Shown in pieces: positions 12,667 to 24,986 of a DNA stretch of 64,000 nucleotides; position 1 is the stretch's first letter, and each line of letters starts with the position of its first letter. Where the stretch lies: assembly GCF_021028975.2 (NCBI RefSeq), contig NC_059436.1, positions 58,900,001 to 58,964,000 of the forward strand. The letters run 5' to 3'. This DNA comes from Sphaerodactylus townsendi (lineage: Eukaryota). The position numbers were made by a program, and so were the translations under genes. The notes under the pieces were generated by a model that was not told the origin of the DNA, searched no databases, and was given only the letters and a program-made list of their open reading frames with translations.

Positions 12667-14847
12667 TTAGGCATAATTTAAAAATAAAATAAATACAATA
12701 TATTAAAAGGGGGGAAACAGAATAAAACCTAATTAGGTTAACTAAGTTTTGTTCAGGGCCAAAGCAAGAAATTTTGCCACATCCTCGGTCCGTTTAGAAC
12801 AACGATCGTTGAGTATCTGAGACTTAACCCTGTTGGAAAGAGCAGGTTTTGAGTTTATATACGGCTCAATAAATTGTTTACATAAGTCAGTGTGACGGGG
12901 ACAACACAAAAGAGAAGCCAAGGGTCTTAACATAATGCAATATTTTGGAGTCCCAACTAGAATAGTGGGAATCGTTTAGACTGTGCCACATTAGGCTGTC
13001 TGGCTTCACTCTAAAAAATGGAGGCGAGTCCAGAAATGTAAGGTTACTATCCAAATGCAAGATGTTATTAGGTTTAGGCCCAGTTCAAGACATAAAGAAG
13101 CGTGCGCCACACAGTTGGGCAGGCCGAGAAGTGTTTGAAACAATTGTATCTAACACCTTTGTGGGGACACTAAACCATATTGGGGCTTCATAGAGTAATT
13201 AAGGAAGCAGTTTGGTGGAAAATATTTTGATAGCAGCCGGTAGATACTGACTTGATAGCAGTCATGTTGCGCTTAATAAGTAAGATGGTTTGCTCGATTT
13301 AGGCTGTCCATTTCAGATTGTATTGGAATGTCACACCTAGGTATCTAAAGGTGGGTACTGGTTTGACTACATTCCCGTTTATTTTCCATTGCTTTGGTTT
13401 CCAGGATATACCAAATACCATTATCTTGGTCTTAGTGTAGTTGATCATCAGAATGTTTCTTTGGCAGTAGTTGGAGAAGGCTTGCAAGAGATGGATCAAG
13501 CCAACACAGATCCGTGAGAGTATTATTGCGACATCAGCATACAATAAAACAGAGATCTTCTGGGAATTCAGGGTAGGCGGGTGACCATCACTATCTATAA
13601 GGAGAGGGGGAAGTCACTGATAAACAGATTGAATAAATAGGGGGCCAGTACACAGCCTTGTTTGATCCCTCTGCTCGTTGGAATTTCAGATGTGCCAATT
13701 GATTATAACGGACTTTACATTTAGTATCCGTGTATAATCTTCTAATTAATATGAGGAGGCGAGGGTCTATTTCCATAAGTGTCAGTTTCTGCCGGAGGAG
13801 GTCTCTTGTAACTGAATCAAATGGATTTTTCAGGTTGAGATCTACCCCGATGATGAATACTTCTCAGCAAGTACAGCAAGTACTGTACTTATCACTAGAC
13901 AGTGATCATAGGTAGAGTGACCCTTGACAAAACCAATTTGGGTAGGTTCGAGGAAAGGCGATGCCCATATTATAAGGGTTTTTTTGGAGATGAGTGGTGT
14001 ATAATTTGCCAATGATTGATGTAAGGCAGATGGGCTGATAGTTGGATGGTAATGTCGGATTGTCCTTCTTGAAGATGGACATAATTGTTGCTGCAGTCTA
14101 ATCTTCAGGTATGATGCTGAATTTATTGATCATGGTGAACAAATTCGCCAACCAATAGTCTCGAAAGTTGGTGAGTATTTCAGGAAGTATCCCATCGGGA
14201 CCAGAGGCCTTCCCTCTTTTCAGGTGTATCATAAGATCATTTATCTCATTAGGTGCCACAGGTGGCCAGTCTGGAAGCTCATATTTTGGTAAATCTATAA
14301 TTGCAGGTGAATAATGTGTTGTATCAAAGAAAAGGTGGTAAAAGTGTTTCCACCAGGCATCTGCTCTAATAGTGGAATTAAGGTTGTTAGGATTTGATTG
14401 GGAAACATCAAAAACCAAACGCCAGGATAATTTAGAATCTCTGGCTTTTGTGGCTTGGTTAGTATGTTCCAATTTTGGTTGTGACGTTTTTTGAGAATTA
14501 TCGTCTGCTGAAGTTGTTTGCATCCAGCAAAGTATGATTCGCGAGTTTCCTGCATTGGGTTTTTTAAAAAATAGATGAAATAGATATCGAAGATGCCTTT
14601 TCAATAGATAGCATTCCTGGTCAAACCAAGAATCGCATGCAAAATAAGGTGTAAACTGGATATGTTTAGTTTTCGGCTGAATGGAGGTAACAATAGCTGT
14701 GACATGCTCCTGATAACAGCAGGTTAAGGTTTTTGGTATGTTTGCCACAGCTGCAGACTGGAAAAGCTCATCAAAAGTTCCTATATTTATTAGGTGTGTT
14801 AGTTCCATCCTCACTGACCATTTAGGTGGTATTACCTGGAGAGGATC
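12667..14847 (-). mobile_element. 5'-truncated RTE-X-like LINE inside the copia integrase C-terminus
   Basis: Minus ORFs with WFDQEC, KASGPDG, YAD, FRYLG; copia reads ...SITY / SRSVHFEEN across it. Confidence 0.88.
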
Positions 14848-14939
14848 AGCAGATCTGTTCATTTTGAGGAAAATGAGAGAGCTATGTCTTCAGAGGGGGC
14901 CCACCATGACTAGACCCTGCCCCATGATGACTGGCTCAA

Positions 14940-17900
14940 TATCAGGAGGCCTGTTATTATGGGGATTTTGCTATTGCTGCTTTCTGTATGCTGGGGATGG
15001 AGGAATGGGTTAATTGCATTTCTAACTGACTTTCAACTGTCTTCTGTATGATGTTATACTGTACCAGGTGCTGCTCAAGGTCAGTGCCTGGCCGTCTCTA
15101 CCGTTATCTCTTTCACAGTTCCTTTTGGGTGCGCTTCCCCAGGATGGGGGGTGCAGTCTGCTTTAACTACTGGGTTTTGTGTGGGCAAACCTCAGTTCTG
15201 GCATGACCAGAGAAGATCCTCAATACTCAATAAACTACTGTTCTTACACATGAGTTTGTTTCAGTTTTTGGGATTCTGACATTATGCCAGAACTTCTCTT
15301 AGGTTGAATTCCATGCTGCCGTGCATTGCTGGAATTTCACCTTCTACTTTTGCAACTTTTATCAAAGACTTTTCTTGCCAGTATGATCTCTTCAGAGACC
15401 CAGCCAGGGGGTGCATCCGCGGCTGCAGACCATGGGTGCCCCATTCCTGAAGACTTAACAGGAACTTCGGATTCAGCCTCTGACCCAGCAGAGGGGCCTC
15501 GGATCCTGCTTGGAAGTGCAGCAGGCAGAGAAGCCCCTACCCCAGGTGGATTTTTGGACTCCATTCACCCGTTCATGACTGCCCCGCTAGATGGCTTGGA
15601 GGGAGTTACCGTGTGTCGTCGTCGGGGTCTGGACTATCGAGAATCTCAGCCTTTGGGTTTGGGCAGTGCGACGTGGGCTACAGCACCTTTGGCTGGAAAT
15701 GTGTAGTTGCCAATCCGTCCATCGGAAGGGGCTGATTAATCGGAAGCTGAAGCCTGGCGGATGCTCCAAGTGTTGGAGGAGGCCTGGGATTCAGAGCGTG
15801 AGGAGTACCACTGGGCCCTGCACCAGATGGAACGGGATATAGAGCACCTGCAAGCCACCCTTGCCCAGGCTCACCAAGTAGCCCCTGCTCCCGGAGCTGG
15901 AGTAGCCATAACGCCAGCTGCCCCAGCACCAGCTCAGCCTGCACCAGCACTGGCACCAGCTCTGCCTGTCCAAACGGGACCCACCCCAGCGCCAGTACCC
16001 GCTCAGCCTGCCCAGCCAGTTCCGGTTCCAGCTCCAGTTCCTGCTTGAGCACCGGTACCAGCCCAGCCTGTCCAACCAGGACCCGCCCCAGCACCAGTAC
16101 CCATTCAACCTGCTCAACTGGTGCTGGTACCGGCCCCAGCTCTGGCTCCAGGACCAGCTCCAGGTCCAGCTCAGCCTGTTTACCCCAGACCCACCCCGGC
16201 TCCGATTCCAGTACCAGGCCAGCTGCCTCTCCAGCCAGGCCCCCCTTGCTGCCAGCTGCACCTGCTCCATTACCGGTCCCGCCTCTGATGCCACTGTTTG
16301 TACCACCAGGATGGGGAGTTCCGGGTGGAGTGTTGCCAAACTTTGCACCCTATGGGGTAGCTCCCCCTCCGCTCATGCCCAGGATCCGGCTGACTACTCG
16401 CTTTGATGGGACTCAGGACTTGCTCCCGGCTTTCCTGGTTCAGGTCAATGCCCACATGTTGCAGTATGGGCGGCAGTACCTGAACAATTTTGAGCGTGTT
16501 TGTGAGGTAGGGTCAATGCTAGATGGCCCTGCAGCCAATTGGTACATGAACCTGTTTCAACGTCAAGCTGCAGAACTGCGCAACTTCCAGGATTTTATGA
16601 TGGCCCTACGCTGCTGCTTCGAGAGCCCATTTGTGGGCGAGCAAACAAAACAGGAACTCATGGAGATGCGATAGGGCAAAACCCCTTTTGCTGAGTTTGT
16701 TGAAAACTTCCGTACCGTGGCCAGTAAGATCCAGGATTGGGATGATCCTGTGAAAGTGTTCGTTTTCAAGAAAACCCTAAACCCGGACTTGTTAAACTGG
16801 GCTCTTGTTCAGGGCAGCCCGCAGACCCTGAAGGAGTGGATTGTACTCGCGGGTACTGCAGACACTAGAATGTGTGAAGCAGCCACGTTGGGGGTTCAAG
16901 TCGGATGATCCCCACTTGCCCAGCTGCGTCGGGCGGTGCCCCAAGTTCCAAGCCTACACGCCCTGCTCCTTTGAAGTGCCAGATCTCGCCGGAAGAAAAC
17001 GCTCGCCGCCATATGAATCTCTGCCTGTATTGTGGCGGGGAGGGCCATATTGCTGCGTTTTGTCCCACCAAGCGCACCCCCACTCCAGCTACTTCCACCC
17101 TGGCAGCCAAGCCGGCCAAGCCGACCAAACTGCCGCCAAGAGGGGGTGCCCGTGCAGCAGCTCCCCACGCCACTGGGGGGAACAGCCGATTCCTTGGGAG
17201 CCTCCCAAGCCAGAGCGGGTGAGTGAAGCCATAATTCTGCCCCTTGTTCTGACCAACAGGCCCGGATGCCCAAAGCTAGTGGTCCAAGCCCTTGTAGATG
17301 CCCGAAGCTAGTGGTCCAAGCCCTTGCTGCTCTCACTGTTTAATACATCCCCGTTTGGTGGAAGCACTTGGGCTGCAGCCCATTTTGTTGAAGGAGACTA
17401 TCCGGTTTGACCAAATGAATGGCAGTCCAATGGGCGGCGGTTCCATCACATCTCGCACCCCAAAAATCCTGGCCAATTGTGAGGGGCATTGGGAATGCCG
17501 TAGCTTCATAATTGCCCCCATCTCTCAGTACCCCGTGATATTGGGACTATCTTGGCTTGTGGATCATGACCCATTAGTGAAATGGTCTCAACGTGTTTTG
17601 ACTTTTACCAATCCTCCTTGTGGAGACCACATGAGCCCTGATCCACCCGAACACTTGCTACATCCGCCTGAGGGACTCGCTCGCGCTCTGTCCCAACCTT
17701 CAGTTAACCCTGAAATTCCCTCACCGTACCGGGACTTATGGCAAGTGTTCGAAGAGACTGAGTGTGATTCCTTGCCGCCCCATCGTGATACTGACTGTAA
17801 AATCAAACTGGTCCCTGGAGCTACACTACCCAAGGGACAGCTATATTCCATGAGTCCTGCTGAGGATACCGAGTTGCGGGCGTTCCTGGATAAAAATTTG

Positions 17901-20900
17901 GTGCGCGGGTTCATTCGGAGGGCGCGCAGCGGTTTTGCAGCCCCGGTTCTGTTTGTGAAGAAGAAAGATGGTTCCCTGTGGCTGTGTACTGACTACAGGG
18001 GTTTGAACGCTGTTTCGGCCTCTAACAAATACCCGTTACTCCTGATCAAGGATTTACTTGCAAATCTTGGCTCGGGACATATTTTTACCAAGTTGGACTT
18101 ACATGAAGCCTATTACTGGATGCGTATGGCTGAGGGCCATGAACATTTGACTGCTTTTAATACTCGCCATGGACAGTATGAATACTTAATCATGCCTTTT
18201 GGGCTTTCTGGAGCCCCCGCCGTGTTTCAGAGTCTGATCAATGGGATTTTGGATGACGTCGTTCAAAGGACTTGTTGTTTATTTGGATGATGTTTTGATT
18301 TACTCCCATGACGAAGAATCACATATTGCTTTGGTCCACGAAGTGTTATCCCAGTTACTGGCGAATTCCCTGTTTGTGAAACTCTCTAAGTGCAAATTTC
18401 ACAAGCCTCAGTTGGATTTTTTGGGCTACCGCATTTCTGCTGCTGGTTTGGAAATGGAGCCCACTAAGGTTGCTGATGTGCAGGCATGGCCCCCTCCTCA
18501 GACTCCTAAGCAACTCCAGTCCTTTCTGGGCTTTGCCAATTTTTACTGTGACTTTATCCCTCACTTTTCCTCCTTGGCTCTCCCTTTGACTGATCTTTTG
18601 CGTACCAAGGAGAAAGGTCCTGCAGCTTCCTATCCTGGTGCTCCTTTGGTTTGGAGCTCTGCTTGCCAGTCTGTGTTTGATTCCCTGAAAGCTGCCTTCA
18701 CTTCTGAACCAGTTCTCGCCCAACCTGACCCTTCCTTGCCGTTCGTGGTACACGTTGATGCTTCAGACAAGGCTTTGGGTGCTGCCCTACTTCAGCAGGG
18801 TTCGGATGGTCGGCTCCACCCCTGGGCGTATCTCTCCTGCAAGTTTTCAGGTGCTGAACTTAATTGGACTGTTGGTGATAAAGAAACCTGTGCTATCAAG
18901 GTCGCTCTTACTGTGTGGAGGCATTTCTTAGAGGGAGCGGAGCACCCCTTTGAGGTCTGGACTGATCATAAAAACCTGGCTGGACTCTGCTCCCCAGGCC
19001 GGCTTTCCGTTAAAAAAATCCACTGGGGGGACTTTTTCACGCTCTTTCGTTTTACAGTTCATTTTTTCCAGGGCAAAACCAACTGTTTGGCAGATGCCCA
19101 GCCCTGCTTGCCAGAGGGGGGGAGCGCAAAGTGGATCCTTTGCTTTCCCGCACTATTCTCTCCCCCACCCACTTGGGCTTGGCTATTACCTGATCGCAGG
19201 CGAAGGCGGAGCCCCCGCCATCTGTATCTCCTCCTGGACCCCTTCTCTCCACCTTCTTGAAGGCGGGAAGTCCCCGGTGCCTCTTGCAGAGGGAGGCGAT
19301 GGATTAGTATTACGTGACGGCATTTGGTGTCATGGCTCGCTGTTGTATGTCCCGCCCCATCTGCGGTCTCAAATCCTCCACCAGGGGCATGATTCCAAGT
19401 CGGCTGGTCACTTTGGCTTTGTAAAAACTTTGCATTTGCTTCGCAGACAATTTTGGTGGAAGACCATGCATAAGGACATTGACGCTTATATCAAGGGCTG
19501 CCCTATCTGTGCTATGGCAAAAACCATTCCAGGCAAGCCCCAAGGATTATTGCAGGACATTGAGCTGCCCAGTGGGCCCTGGCAGGTGATCTCCATGGAT
19601 TTTATTACGGACTTGCCTTTGAGTCATGGCAAAATGGTGATCTGGACTGTAGTTGATTTGTTCTCTAAGCAGGCTCATATTGTACCTCCATCCCCACTGC
19701 TCAGAAACTGGCTGAACTGTTTATGCTGCATATTTACAGGTTGCATTCTGCCCCCAGGAAAATAATCACGGAAAGTGCGCCTAAAAGTGAGTGTAAGGAG
19801 ATAACAGAAGATGGGCAAGTAACGGCCTTGACACCACCTGGTATTACTCCACATTCTACAGCAACTGAGAAAAGACAGTTAGAAATGCAGTTAACCCCTA
19901 CCAACCTCCTCCCAGTGCAATGAAACAGCAGCATAAGCAAAGTCCCAAACCAGGCCTCCTGACACAGGGGTTTGCAATTTGTCTCCCGCTTTTGGAGGGC
20001 CTTTATGAAGTTGTTGGGCATTGAACAGGGGGTGTCCTTGGCCTACCACCCCAATCTGATGGGGAGTCTGAAAGGTCCAATCAGACTTTGGAACAGTACC
20101 TGAGATGTTATGTGAACTATCAGCAAGATAACTGGGTTGACCTGTTGCCCTACATGGAATATGCTTACAATAACTCAGTTCATAGTGGTACAGGCAAGAC
20201 TCCTTTTGAAGTGGTCCATGGTCATTCGGTTCCCCCTCTGCCCATGCTCCAGTCAGGAGACGCCCCTGGACCCGAGGTTAAGGAATGGATGCAATCCATT
20301 GCTGATCAGTGGCCCCCTATCTTGAAAGCACTTCAGGAAGCTAGAGACTCATACAAGTGGCAAGCCAGTAAATGCAGGCGTGACTTCCCTCTAGTGGTCT
20401 ACCTCTCCACCAAGAATCTCCGGGACATACATCAGCCCTCGAAACTGAGTGTGAAGTATATTGGGCCCTTTAAGATTGTCAGAGTGATAAATAAAGTGAC
20501 TGCTGAACTGGAATTGCCTAATGCTTTGCATAAAATACACCCTGTGTTTCATTGCAACCTTCTGAAGAAGACATGTTCCCCGGATGTCTGGCATTGAGAG
20601 AAGAAGACTCCTCCTCCGGTCCGGATTGATGGGACTAAACATTATGAACTTTCTGACATTCTTGATTCTCGCATCTATCGAAACCGCTTGCAGTATTCGG
20701 TCTCTTGGAAAGGTTGTTTACCTGGGCAGAATCAGTGGATATTTGCCAAGGATGTTAAAGCCCCCCGCCTCGTTAAAGCTTTTCATCAAAACTGTCCAAG
20801 CAAGCCGGGGGGAGGGCCCTAGAGGGAGTGGAATGTCAGGACGCCTGTTATGGGGATTTTGCTATTGCTGCTTTCTGTATGCTGGGGGTGGAGGAATGGG

Positions 20901-21171
20901 TTAATTGCATTTTAACTGACTTTCAACTGTCTTCTGTATGATGTTATACTGTACCAGGTGCTGCTCAAGGTCAGTGCCTGGCCGTCTCTACTGTTATCTC
21001 TTTCACAGTTCCTTTTGGGTGCGCTTTCCCAGGATGGGGGGTGCAGTCCACTTTAACTACTGGGTTTTGTGTGGGCAAACCTCAGTTCTGGCATGACCAG
21101 CGAAGAACCTCAATACTCAATAAACTACTGTTCTTATACATGAGTTTGTTTCAGTTTTGGGGATTTTGACA
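14940..21171 (+). mobile_element. Gypsy A: full-length Tf1/sushi-like chromovirus, decayed
   Basis: LTRs 14940-15281 and 20834-21171; PPT AGAGGGAGTGGAA; near-TSD CTCAA/CTCAT; gag-PR-RT-RH-IN-chromodomain. Confidence 0.95.
15382..20822 (+). pseudogene. Gypsy A gag-pol
   Basis: Pro/Ala-rich gag (15890-16290), RFDGTQ capsid, CLYCGGEGHIAAFC, YLDD, WTDHKNL, ISMDFITDLP, HPVFH, chromodomain YELSDILDSR...WKG...QW. Confidence 0.92.
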
Positions 21172-23050
21172 CTCATGTACCCTGTCACCAATGATGCACA
21201 GAGAGATGACAGTGCAGATCTAAATGTCAACCAAGATTTTGATGACAACCAAGAGATCCGAGATGAATCTGACAAACCAGATGAGATACCAGACCCTGCA
21301 GATGCTGAACCAATGTACTTACCAGCAACAGAGGGGGATGCAGCCCCAAGGTGAGACGATCTGAATGCACGAACAGAGGAGTGCCTCCCTTGAGACTGTC
21401 TTACCTTGCAAGAATGGCAGCAGATGAACCGAAGTCATGGGAAGACATATCCTACTTTCCACCACAGAAAGCCCAAAGGTGGAAACAGGCTGCTCTTGAT
21501 GAGATGAATTCTTTGGAAAAGAATAAGACTTGGATTTTAACGAAATTTCCAGAAGGAAGAAAGGCAATTGGCTGTAAATGGGTCTTTAAACTGAAACATG
21601 ATGCAGATGGCAAAGTGCAACACTATAAAGCTAGATTGGTTGCTAAAGGCTACTCTCAGAAATATGGAGAAGACTATGATGAGACTTTTGCACCTGTTGT
21701 CAAGCACACCACAGTCAGAACTTTACTAAGTGTTGCAGCAAGCAAGAAGATGCATGTTTAACACACAGATGTCAAGACTGCATTTTTGCACGGTGATTTG
21801 GATGAGATAGTTTTTATGCAACAACCTCCAGGATTCCAAATAAGAGGCAAAGACAATTACATCTGCCAGCTGCAGAGTTCTCTTTATGGTTTAAAACAGG
21901 CTGTGAGATCTTGGAATACAAAATTGAACCATATGCTAATTGAAGCAAAATTCCAACGAAGTGAGGCTGACCCATGCCTATATGTCAAGAACAAAAATGG
22001 AAAATGGACTTACATTCTAGCCCCATGGTGGCGAACCTATAGCACTCCAGATGTTCATGGACTACAATTCCCATCAGCCCCTGCCAGCATGGCCAAATGG
22101 CCATGCTGGCAGGGGCTGATGGGAATTGTAGTTCATGAACATCTGGAGTGCCATAGGTTCGCCACCTAGTCTATGTTGATGACTTATTCCTATGAGGACC
22201 CAGATGACTGCAAAATATTGATACAACACCTGAGCGAACAAGTTGAAACCAACAGCTAGGAAACATTGCTCACTACCTAGGAATTCAAATAGAAAGAGAG
22301 GAAGATGGCAGTTTCCTTCTCAATCAACAACAGAAGATTACAGACTTAATCAACTTACTGAATCTACAGGATGCATGTCCAACTCCTATACCAATGCAAA
22401 TGAACTACATAAAGCAAGATGATCCAACAGAACTGCTTTCTGACAACACCAAATATAGAGAAGCTTTAGGCAAATTCCTATACATAAGTACACTAACCCA
22501 ACCAGATATAAGTACAGCAGTCGGCTTACTATGCAGAAAGACTGCTTCACCAACAGTTAAAGATTGGAATGCACTCAGCTACCAAAGATGCTACAGGTAC
22601 ACTAATAGCTTATGTTGATGCAGACTGGGGTGGAGACCTAACTGAGAGAAAATCCACCAGTGCTCAGATCATTTTCTTTGGAAATGGTCCCATTAGTTGG
22701 TCAAGCACCAAACAAGCAATCATAGCAGCGTCCACCACAGAAGCAGAATATGTGTCTGCTGCACAAGTTTGTTATGAGTTACAATGGCTATGCCAACTAC
22801 TAAAAGATTTAGGCATAGACACACCACTCCCTATACCAGTTTATGAAGACAACCAAAGTTGCATTCAACTATCTAAACAAGAAGATGTGAAGAAATGCAC
22901 CAAGCACATTGATGTGAAGTACCACATTGTGAGAAAGCTGCAACAGGATGGCATCATTCAACTGATCTACTGCCACACCACCGAGATGCTAAACTCCTAC
23001 CGAAACCAGCTTTTGAGAACCTTAGAATGAAGATAAACCTGACTACCTGA
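21172..23050 (+). pseudogene. Copia RT and RNase H
   Basis: KAIGCKWVFKLK, YKARLVAKGYSQ, SLYGLKQA, YILVYVDD, YVDADWGG, STTEAEY, YEDNQ, KHIDVKYH. Confidence 0.93.
22021..22166. mobile_element. Fully palindromic hAT-type MITE inserted just before the copia YVDD
   Basis: GGTGGCGAACC...GGTTCGCCACC foldback; CTAG on both sides. Confidence 0.85.
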
Positions 23051-23072
23051 GTCAAGAAACATCGAGAGGGGG

Positions 23073-23547
23073 TGTTGGAAGAGAAAGACTGTATGCTGCT
23101 TCCTGCCTCAATTCAGAGGGGTTTTTACTAGATAGCCAGTGTCAAACCTAGGGATTGACACCTTTACTCTATCATGCTGGCTCTATCCCTTTGATGTTAG
23201 ATTGCTACTCTCAGGGACTTCCTTCCTTCCACCTTCTTCTCACACACTTCTCCATCTTACGTTCACCATGCCTAGAAGGAGGATGGGTGCTCCATGCATC
23301 TGTCTCCATTTAGCTAGGATAGCTTAGTGAACCTATCTACCTACCTTTCTATCCAGAATGGAGTTCACTAATAAATACTCTTTTTATTAGATTAAAAACC
23401 ACAAATGACTCCGACTTTTATTTGTGCCAAAGCTCACTCACAAGCTCACACACACACATGCGCAGGTAAGCTTATGCTGTGCTTAGCCACCAGCTCTGCT
23501 CATTGTGCAACGGGAAAACACATTATGAGGTGCTGTTTCTCCCTTCA
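23073..23547 (+). repeat. Copia 3' LTR
   Basis: Follows the PPT; TGTTGG...CCCTTCA; contains AATAAA. Confidence 0.92.
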
Positions 23548-23587
23548 AGAAATAGGTACCTTGAGATGAGTTCAGGAGCCAGCGAAT

Positions 23588-23729
23588 GTGGTGCTGGCAC
23601 TCCAGATCCCATGGACTACTCATACATCAAAGCCTTTCTTCCAGCATGGGCCTGGGCTGGCCATGCTGGCAGGGGCTGATGGGAATTGTAGTCTATAACA
23701 TCTGGAGTGCCAAAGGTTCGCCACCACTA
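23588..23729. mobile_element. Second, more diverged copy of the palindromic hAT-type MITE
   Basis: Right arm nearly identical to 22098-22166. Confidence 0.8.
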
Positions 23730-24227
23730 GTTTAGAGGATCCCAAGGCTGCTTATAAAATAAAAGAACAAAACACAAACATTACAAATCTATAAGTTAAA
23801 ACCCACCCTTAAAATACCCCAGCAAGAGAAATAAAAAATAATAATTGAACCGCTTTAAAATCATTGAGCAGATTCCCAACAACAAAAAAAGTGCAAATTT
23901 TAGGTTGCTGGTAGATGGAAGCTGTCTTCAGTTTGGGGAGTTGTGCTTGTAGCCAGGATTCCTGCAGGGGGCAGCCTTATCCCCCACATTATTCAAGCAG
24001 AACATCACGCTTTGAGGATCAATTATTGGTAGCATTGGAAGTCAAGGCCACCCATGTGTGGATGACACCCAGCTTTACCAGGTCACATGGGCTGCCTGAA
24101 CGCTGTACTCAAGTGACCAAAAGCAAATACATTGAAGCTGAATTCAGACAAGGCAGAAATGATGCTGGATGGAAAGGCGGATGAATGTCTTGGAGGACAA
24201 CATGCTTGACTATTTTTGGTGGGATTC

Positions 24228-24665
24228 TGTCAGGACCCCTCAACTGTTCAGGGAAAGCACTTCTGGTTTAGCAAAAGTATTCAGAAACAGCGGTTCAAGT
24301 AAAAATGCCATCAGACATTTATTGACAGCACTGTTAAAACCCTGCCAAAATCCCTCCTCAAATACAGAAAGTAATGACCAGCCGCCCCACTCCAAGCCAC
24401 ACACCCCTTCTCAGAGAAACTCAACTCTTTCCTTTCAGCTAGAAAGCAATGTGGCACCCCCCATCTTGTGCTGCCCTATCCCAGCCAACACAGAAAACAA
24501 CCCCATGAATCTAACAGCAATAATATAATGTGGATTCCTAGAACAGATTTTGAAGGGAGGTTGGAAGAGACAGGCAACCGTACCTGCCTCCCATCAGGAG
24601 GAGAATTATGGTCAGGCCCAGTATAGGACTGGGCATGACATTCGGCCCCTCCTAAGGAGACCTCC
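24228..24665 (-). mobile_element. Gypsy F: 3' LTR (24228-24640) with PPT; rest absent
   Basis: TGTCA...TGACA ends; minus-strand AGGAGGGGCCGAA next to the LTR; minus-strand AATAAA. Confidence 0.65.
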
Positions 24666-24986
24666 TGTCAAATTCCCTGTTCAGACAATAACTCGCTTGA
24701 TAGTTCAAGGATTTTATTGAAGACAAGAGACAGACAGCAAAAAAAGGCTATTCTGGTGATTTGGTGCCAGAAGTGTTGATAATATAATGCAGCAATTCCA
24801 ACCCCCACATGTGAATCAAAGCAGTGAAACAGTCCAGCCTGAAGTCTCGTTTCAGTGTGGAACTTCAAGGCCAGAGAACCAGATAAGTCACCTGCAAGTG
24901 CTAAACCTCACCCCAGCAATGGCATTCTGACATTTCCGCTTCCCCTAGGGCCCTCCCTCCGTTTGCTTCGACAGGCACAATGAAAT

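Larger units (their letters stand above)
8934..23547 (+). mobile_element. Ty1/copia LTR retrotransposon, full length but decayed, with four nested insertions
   Basis: TG..CA ends, TSD AGAAA (8929-8933, 23548-23552), PBS, PPT GAGAGGGGG (23064-23072), domain order gag-PR-IN-RT-RH. Confidence 0.95.

Noticed and set aside
16045-17222. Domesticated gag gene (PEG10/RTL1-like)
   Set aside because: Flanked by LTRs, has stops and frameshifts, and has related copies in the window
17170-17225. Programmed -1 gag-pol frameshift in Gypsy A
   Set aside because: Copies B (27020-27367) and D (61220-61843) read from knuckle to protease in one frame; A has a private 1-nt deletion
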